A DNA stretch of 64,000 nucleotides from Candidatus Micrarchaeota archaeon (GTDB lineage Archaea > Micrarchaeota > Micrarchaeia > Anstonellales > Bilamarchaeaceae): positions 32,001 through 96,000 of the forward strand of contig JBDRPL010000005.1 in assembly GCA_043827025.1 (NCBI GenBank). Reading direction: 5' to 3'. Both the position numbers and the translations under genes were made by a program. The notes below the pieces were generated by a model. That model had not been told where the DNA came from. It did not search any database and was given only the letters and a program-made list of their open reading frames with translations. Below, piece after piece: positions 58,703 through 64,000 of the stretch. Position 1 is the stretch's first letter. Each line of letters begins with the position of its first letter.

Positions 58703-59383
58703 TCAATCGATAACTTTCTTTTCCCTTAATATATTCAACTTTTGGCCATCATTGTTCCCTATGAGAATGGATTGTATCCTTATGAAAACATCCTTTGCAT
58801 TCATCCTAGAATTATTCTCGGGATTTTTAAGTGCAATATCAAGAAGCTGATCCACCCATTTACCAAAATCCTTGCTTTTTGAAACCAGCTTGGATAATGA
58901 ATAAGAAATCGAATTCCTTGTCGAGTTGTACTGTATTCCTGGCGTACACAGGTATTTTATTATCGAATCTATCGCTTTTTCATCGCCAAGGTTACCAAGA
59001 GCCTGGCACGCTGCTGATTTTATATCTTCGTTCTCTCCACTATCCTCAACAAGCTTGATGAGTTGTGGCACAAGATGAGGCATGCTTATCAGAGGACTTA
59101 GCCTAAGAGAGATTACATACAGGGCGACCTTCCTATCTTCAAAGACCGTATTCGATTTATCTATTCTCTTGGCCAATTTATTTATCTGCTTAGAAAGATC
59201 ATTGTTCTTTGAGATCATCTGCAATGCATTGGCAGAACGTTCGGTGATCTGCCAGTCCGAACCCTCAAGAAGCCCGAACAGGATTTCGATGGTGTTTTGG
59301 TCTCCTTTTGTCAACTCTTTGACCTCTGCTTCCGTACCATTCAAGAGTATTTCCTTTATCTTTTCCCCAGTGAATTTTACCAT
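58703..59383 (-). CDS. HEAT-repeat protein
   Basis: IKSAACQALGNLGDEKAIDSII. Confidence 0.75.
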   Translation of the reverse strand: MVKFTGEKIKEILLNGTEAEVKELTKGDQNTIEILFGLLEGSDWQITERSANALQMISKNNDLSKQINKLAKRIDKSNTVFEDRKVALYVISLRLSPLISMPHLVPQLIKLVEDSGENEDIKSAACQALGNLGDEKAIDSIIKYLCTPGIQYNSTRNSISYSLSKLVSKSKDFGKWVDQLLDIALKNPENNSRMNAKDVFIRIQSILIGNNDGQKLNILREKKVID

Positions 59384-59453
59384 AAGAATCTCCAGTGCTT
59401 ATTCAAAGCCAATATTTATAAGAATTGCACGAGTTCTCTGAGCGGTGAAATAA

Positions 59454-59657
59454 ATGACAGTTGTAAAGGTAATTGAATTATTGGGGATTTCAGAAAAGAG
59501 CTTTGAAGATGCAATTGAAACAGCAATAAAAAAGGCAAACAAGTCACTAAAGCACATCCATGGTGCAGACATCATAGGGCAAAAGGTAAAGGTGAATGAC
59601 AAGGGAAAGATTGTTGAATATCGAGTAGATATGAAAGTGGCATTCAAGCTTGATTAG
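59454..59657 (+). CDS. Dodecin (flavin-binding)
   Basis: KVIELLG.SEKSFEDAI..A...EYRV.MKVAF. Confidence 0.92.
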   Translation: MTVVKVIELLGISEKSFEDAIETAIKKANKSLKHIHGADIIGQKVKVNDKGKIVEYRVDMKVAFKLD

Positions 59658-60165
59658 CCTTTCTTTTAAGCAAAATCTCTGTCAATTCCCTCATCATTTG
59701 TTCCTCAACATCCAAAAGCATGGCCATAAGCTTCTGATTAATTTTTGGAATGCTTATATTCATCACAATATAACCATTTTTATATGCAAACGAAGGACGA
59801 TGTTTGCCGTCGCTTTTCAAAAACTCAAAATTTACATTTAGATTCTCCCGAATTACATCTTGATCCATTTTGTCCATAGGTCCAAAATTATGTAAAAAAT
59901 AGGCATCGAAATTTGATATCAGTTCATATCTTTGGCCCGTCAAAGTAAGAGGATTTGCCTTGACATTGATCAAAAATCCATTATGGAAAACAAGTATCAG
60001 CTTGCTCTTGTTCGGGTTGACATTAAATCTTTCGATCTTAGCCCCAATGTTCTTTAATATCAAAACATCCTCGTCATTCTGCCCGCTTTTTACTACATGG
60101 AATGCAAAACTGGCAAGAAATATGAAAACCAGAAACAAGAACAAAGTTATGGCAAGCTCAATCAT
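59644..60165 (-). CDS. Membrane-anchored hypothetical protein
   Basis: N-terminal TM; directly after carB. Confidence 0.55.
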   Translation of the reverse strand: MIELAITLFLFLVFIFLASFAFHVVKSGQNDEDVLILKNIGAKIERFNVNPNKSKLILVFHNGFLINVKANPLTLTGQRYELISNFDAYFLHNFGPMDKMDQDVIRENLNVNFEFLKSDGKHRPSFAYKNGYIVMNISIPKINQKLMAMLLDVEEQMMRELTEILLKRKANQA

Positions 60166-60169
60166 CTTT

Positions 60170-63100
60170 TCACTTATATTCTCTGAATTCCTCTATATTT
60201 AATTCTTTGTTTCTCAGCTGCTTCAGAGCATTTAGAAGCTGGATAGCTGTTTCCAGATTAGTTATGCATGGAATGCCTTTTTCAATTGAAGCGCGCCTTA
60301 TCTTGAATCCGTCGGTTGCGGATCGTCCACCGCGTCTTGGAGTGTTGATTATCAGATCGATCTTGCATTCCGATATGATATCTATTATGTCTGGCTTCTG
60401 ATCCCCTATTTTTGGAATGGAAGTTGCGAGTTTCAGGCTTTTTGCAGTTCCAGGTGTTGCATATATCATATACCCAAGATCTTGTAACAGGGATTTCAGC
60501 TTCTGTGCATTCACCTTGTCCAAATCATTCAAACTTACTATACAATCGCCCCTTTCCTTTATTCGGATTCCGGCTGCAAGCAATGCCTTGTAGTATGCGA
60601 TTTCAAAAGAATGGCCAATACCCATGGTCTCTCCAGTTGATTTCATTTCCGGACCCAAGGTAATGTCTGCTCCGACGATTTTAAGAAAAGGGAAAACTAT
60701 TGATTTGACTGCATAGCCTTTCTGCTTGTTTGCAGATTCCAAACTAAATTCAGACAAATGATGGCCAGCCATTACTTTAGTGGCGATTTTTGCCATTGGA
60801 ATCCCAATTGCCTTGCTTAGGAATGGAACAGTACGAGATGCACGAGGATTGGCTTCAAGGCAATAAATGATTCCATCCTTCACAACATATTGAACATTGA
60901 TCATTCCGACTATTCCAAGAGCTTCTGCCATATCCTGAGTGTATTTAGTAATTGTTTTCTTGTCACTATCGGTCAACCTAATTGACGGAACAACGATATT
61001 TGCATCTCCTGAATGAACTCCAGCAGGCTCAATGTGCTCCATTATCCCGCCAATGAATAATTGAGAGCCATCAAAAATTGCATCCACTTCACATTCAATT
61101 GCATTGTCAAGATATTTATCTATCAGAATAGGCTTCTTTTCGCTTATGTCAACAGCTTCTCGCATGTATTTCTTCAATTCTTCGTCATCGTATACGATTG
61201 CCATAGCCCTTCCCGCAATCACATAACTTGGCCTTACTACAATGGGATAAGTTATCCGTTTAGCAAGTACAAGCGCCTGCTCTTCCTTGAATGCAATCCC
61301 ATGGTCTGGCTGTGGAATCTTCAGCTTTTTCATTAGTTGGCTGAATTTATCCCTGTCTTCTGCAACATCAAGGCCCTTTGGGCTTGTCCCAATTACCTTG
61401 AAACCATGTTCTGTAAGTGAATCCACAAGATTAAGGCTGGTCTGGCCTCCGAATTGGACGATTACGCCATCAGGTTTTTCAAGCTCACAGATATTAAGAA
61501 CATCTTCTGCAGTAAGAGGCTCGAAATACAATCTATCAGATGAATCAAAATCTGTTGAAATGGTTTCTGGATTGTTGTTTATGACAATGCTTTCGATATC
61601 CATCTCCTTTAATGCAAAGGCTGCATGCGAACAGCAATAATCGAACTCTATGCCCTGACCGATTCTGATTGGACCAGAACCAATGACAATTGCTTTTCGC
61701 TTTTTGCTGGGAATTACCTCATTCTCCTGCTCATAAGTTGAATAATAGTATGGAGTCACTGCTTCGAATTCGCCTGCACAGCTGTCAACTATTTTATATG
61801 TTGGGATGATGCCGTGTTTGTGCCTAAGCGTTCGAACACCTTCCTCGTCCTTGCTGACAAGTTTGGCAATTTGCTTGTCTGAAAATCCCAAACGTTTCGC
61901 TTTTCTCAGCAGATCTCCGCTAGCACCATTTTGCTTCAATTCGGATTCCATTTTGGCGATGTTCTCCAATTTATAAAGAAACCACTTGGAGATATTTGTG
62001 ATTTGATTTAATTTTTCAACACTCTCGCCTTTTCTAAGGAGTTCAAAGATGGCAAACAGCCGGATATCCGTTGCAGGATTCAGATGTTTATAAGGATCTT
62101 CAATCTTTGGAGGTTTTATGTCAAGGCTTCTCAACGCCTTTAACAAGGATTCTTCAAATGTCCTTCCAATAGACATTGTTTCTCCCGTTGATTTCATTTG
62201 CGTTCCTATGGTTCGGTCAGACATCTCGAACTTGTCAAAAGGCCACCTTGGTATTTTTGTAACGATATAATCAAGAGATGGCTCAAAGGCTGCATTTGTT
62301 CCTGTGATTGCATTTTTGATTTCATATAAATCATAGCCAAGTGCGATCTTTGTCGCGACTCTTGCAATCGGATAGCCCGTTGCTTTTGACGCAAGCGCAG
62401 AAGACCTAGAAAGCCTGGGATTGATTTCAATTACTGCAAACTCCCCTGTCTTTTGATTGAACGAGAATTGGACATTGCACGAACCTTTGATTCCGATTTC
62501 ATCCACTATCCTTAATGCTGCATTTCTGAGCATCTGATGATCTTTATCATTTAATGTTTGGGAAGGTGCAACTACAATGCTTTCACCAGTGTGGATACCC
62601 ATAGGATCGAAGTTTTCCATATTGCAGATGATGATCGAATTGCCTCTTGCATCTCTTACAACCTCATATTCGAATTCTCCCCAACCTAAAACAGATTTTT
62701 CTACCAACGCCTCATGGTTTGCACTTAATCTAAAAGCAAGCTCAAGTATCCGCTTCAGGTCTGATTTGTTGTATGCAATTCCGCCCCCTGTTCCACCTAA
62801 GGTGAATGATGGTCGGATTATGAGCGGATAGCCTATCCTGTCAGCAAATTCAAGGGCCTCATCATAGTTCTTGATTGTTCTTCCAGGAAGGATTGGAACT
62901 CCTATCTTATCCATGGCTTCGTTGAATGACTCCCTGCCTTCTGCGCGTTGAATTGATTGTGCACCAGTCCCAAGGAATTCAACTCCGTATTTGGCAAGTA
63001 TGCCTGCGCCATGAAGTTCCAATGACAAATTAAGAGCAGTCTGTCCACCTACTGTTGCAAGTATCCCTTCTGGTTTTTCCTTTGCAATTATCTTTTCAAG

Positions 63101-63310
63101 CACTTCAATAGTCAATGGCTCTATGTAAATGCGGTCAGCAGTTTCAGGATCTGTTTGGATGGTTGCAGGATTAGAGTTGACTAATACTACTATAATACCT
63201 TCTTCGCGCAATACCTTGCAGGCCTGTGTCCCAGAGTAATCAAATTCAGCACTTTGTCCGATGACAATCGGCCCTGAACCTATTACAAGGACTTTTTTGG
63301 GTTTTTTCAT
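60170..63310 (-). CDS. carB: Carbamoyl-phosphate synthase large subunit
   Basis: GSGPIVIGQSAEFDYSG, second GSGPIRIGQGIEFDY, MGS domain. Confidence 0.98.
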   Translation of the reverse strand: MKKPKKVLVIGSGPIVIGQSAEFDYSGTQACKVLREEGIIVVLVNSNPATIQTDPETADRIYIEPLTIEVLEKIIAKEKPEGILATVGGQTALNLSLELHGAGILAKYGVEFLGTGAQSIQRAEGRESFNEAMDKIGVPILPGRTIKNYDEALEFADRIGYPLIIRPSFTLGGTGGGIAYNKSDLKRILELAFRLSANHEALVEKSVLGWGEFEYEVVRDARGNSIIICNMENFDPMGIHTGESIVVAPSQTLNDKDHQMLRNAALRIVDEIGIKGSCNVQFSFNQKTGEFAVIEINPRLSRSSALASKATGYPIARVATKIALGYDLYEIKNAITGTNAAFEPSLDYIVTKIPRWPFDKFEMSDRTIGTQMKSTGETMSIGRTFEESLLKALRSLDIKPPKIEDPYKHLNPATDIRLFAIFELLRKGESVEKLNQITNISKWFLYKLENIAKMESELKQNGASGDLLRKAKRLGFSDKQIAKLVSKDEEGVRTLRHKHGIIPTYKIVDSCAGEFEAVTPYYYSTYEQENEVIPSKKRKAIVIGSGPIRIGQGIEFDYCCSHAAFALKEMDIESIVINNNPETISTDFDSSDRLYFEPLTAEDVLNICELEKPDGVIVQFGGQTSLNLVDSLTEHGFKVIGTSPKGLDVAEDRDKFSQLMKKLKIPQPDHGIAFKEEQALVLAKRITYPIVVRPSYVIAGRAMAIVYDDEELKKYMREAVDISEKKPILIDKYLDNAIECEVDAIFDGSQLFIGGIMEHIEPAGVHSGDANIVVPSIRLTDSDKKTITKYTQDMAEALGIVGMINVQYVVKDGIIYCLEANPRASRTVPFLSKAIGIPMAKIATKVMAGHHLSEFSLESANKQKGYAVKSIVFPFLKIVGADITLGPEMKSTGETMGIGHSFEIAYYKALLAAGIRIKERGDCIVSLNDLDKVNAQKLKSLLQDLGYMIYATPGTAKSLKLATSIPKIGDQKPDIIDIISECKIDLIINTPRRGGRSATDGFKIRRASIEKGIPCITNLETAIQLLNALKQLRNKELNIEEFREYK

Positions 63311-63320
63311 TTTTCATCAC

Positions 63321-63704
63321 TCAGATGATGATCTCATTCTCGCATTTCACACATTTTATCTTCTGGCCTTTTAGATCTGCAATTTTATCCCACACATCCC
63401 CAAAAAGAGCATATGTCACTTCTTTTTTTTCTTGCTTCTTCTCAAGACTGTAGCTTCCTGAGCAACCAATGTCAAAAACAATCGGCGTACCGCATTTCAA
63501 GCACATCCTGCCTGTCAAATCGTTTTCAACGCATTTGCAAACCTCTGCCTTCTTCTTGCAGAAGACGCAGGTCTTGACAAGCTTGCCGTTCTTGCATTTC
63601 GAACAGGCCTTTGCCGAATCAGCGAAGTACTCATTGCATTTATCGCAGATATACCAAATTCTCCTTGTTGCCTCGTTTTGCAAAGCTTCTGTATTAATGT
63701 CCAT
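63321..63704 (-). CDS. Cys-rich zinc-binding protein
   Basis: Multiple CxxC; C-terminal half paralogous to the next ORF. Confidence 0.6.
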   Translation of the reverse strand: MDINTEALQNEATRRIWYICDKCNEYFADSAKACSKCKNGKLVKTCVFCKKKAEVCKCVENDLTGRMCLKCGTPIVFDIGCSGSYSLEKKQEKKEVTYALFGDVWDKIADLKGQKIKCVKCENEIII

Positions 63705-63706
63705 GT

Positions 63707-63937
63707 TTACACCATTTCTTTCCTAAGAATTGAAATAACATATTCAAAACCGCACTTTACACATCTAAGCGGATGAGTAGTTGGATCAACAAACCAGTCT
63801 ACAGACCCCAACGGAATATAGTTTACTTCTTTTTTTGCGCATTTCTTTTCTAATTCTTTGTTTGGTTCAGAATTATCATCTACGAATATAGGTATTCCGC
63901 ATTTTTTGCACTTAAATTCCTCAATCATTGCCACCAT
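63707..63937 (-). CDS. Zinc-ribbon protein, paralog of the previous gene's C-terminus
   Basis: CxKCGxPI...LEKK..KKEVxY...CVKC shared. Confidence 0.6.
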   Translation of the reverse strand: MVAMIEEFKCKKCGIPIFVDDNSEPNKELEKKCAKKEVNYIPLGSVDWFVDPTTHPLRCVKCGFEYVISILRKEMV

Positions 63938-64000
63938 ACCATAACACCATTATTTTAACAGTTTAATGAACTCATCAAACAAATACTTAGAATCATGCGG

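Overview
Archaeal chromosome segment. The gene set and order suggest a DPANN archaeon, probably Micrarchaeota-like; this is inference from ftsZ-secE-spt5, EF-1beta-S13-S4-S11-rpoD, a short RpoD, archaeal MAT and form III RuBisCO. The window holds four tRNA genes. tRNA-Ser(GGA) and tRNA-Gly(CCC) carry long multi-hairpin introns, and tRNA-Gly has a second intron in the D-loop. A decayed ~4.4 kb element is integrated at tRNA-Leu(GAG), with a truncated tyrosine integrase, terminal inverted motifs and duplicated tRNA 3' ends. Its cargo is an intact, translationally coupled HAD phosphatase / PD-(D/E)XK nuclease / RNase J-like MBL nuclease operon, the best candidate here for an undescribed defence system. 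Also present: a type IV/Tad-like pilus locus facing a KaiC-like/nitroreductase operon, a HEPN plus two VapBC toxin-antitoxin cluster, and a rich carbon-metabolism set (aconitase-IDH-ATP citrate lyase operon, DUF2090 aldolase-GlpX, PPi-PFK, RuBisCO). Several genes are interrupted or truncated. No CRISPR array or rRNA was seen. All calls are from reading the sequence only; no searches were run.
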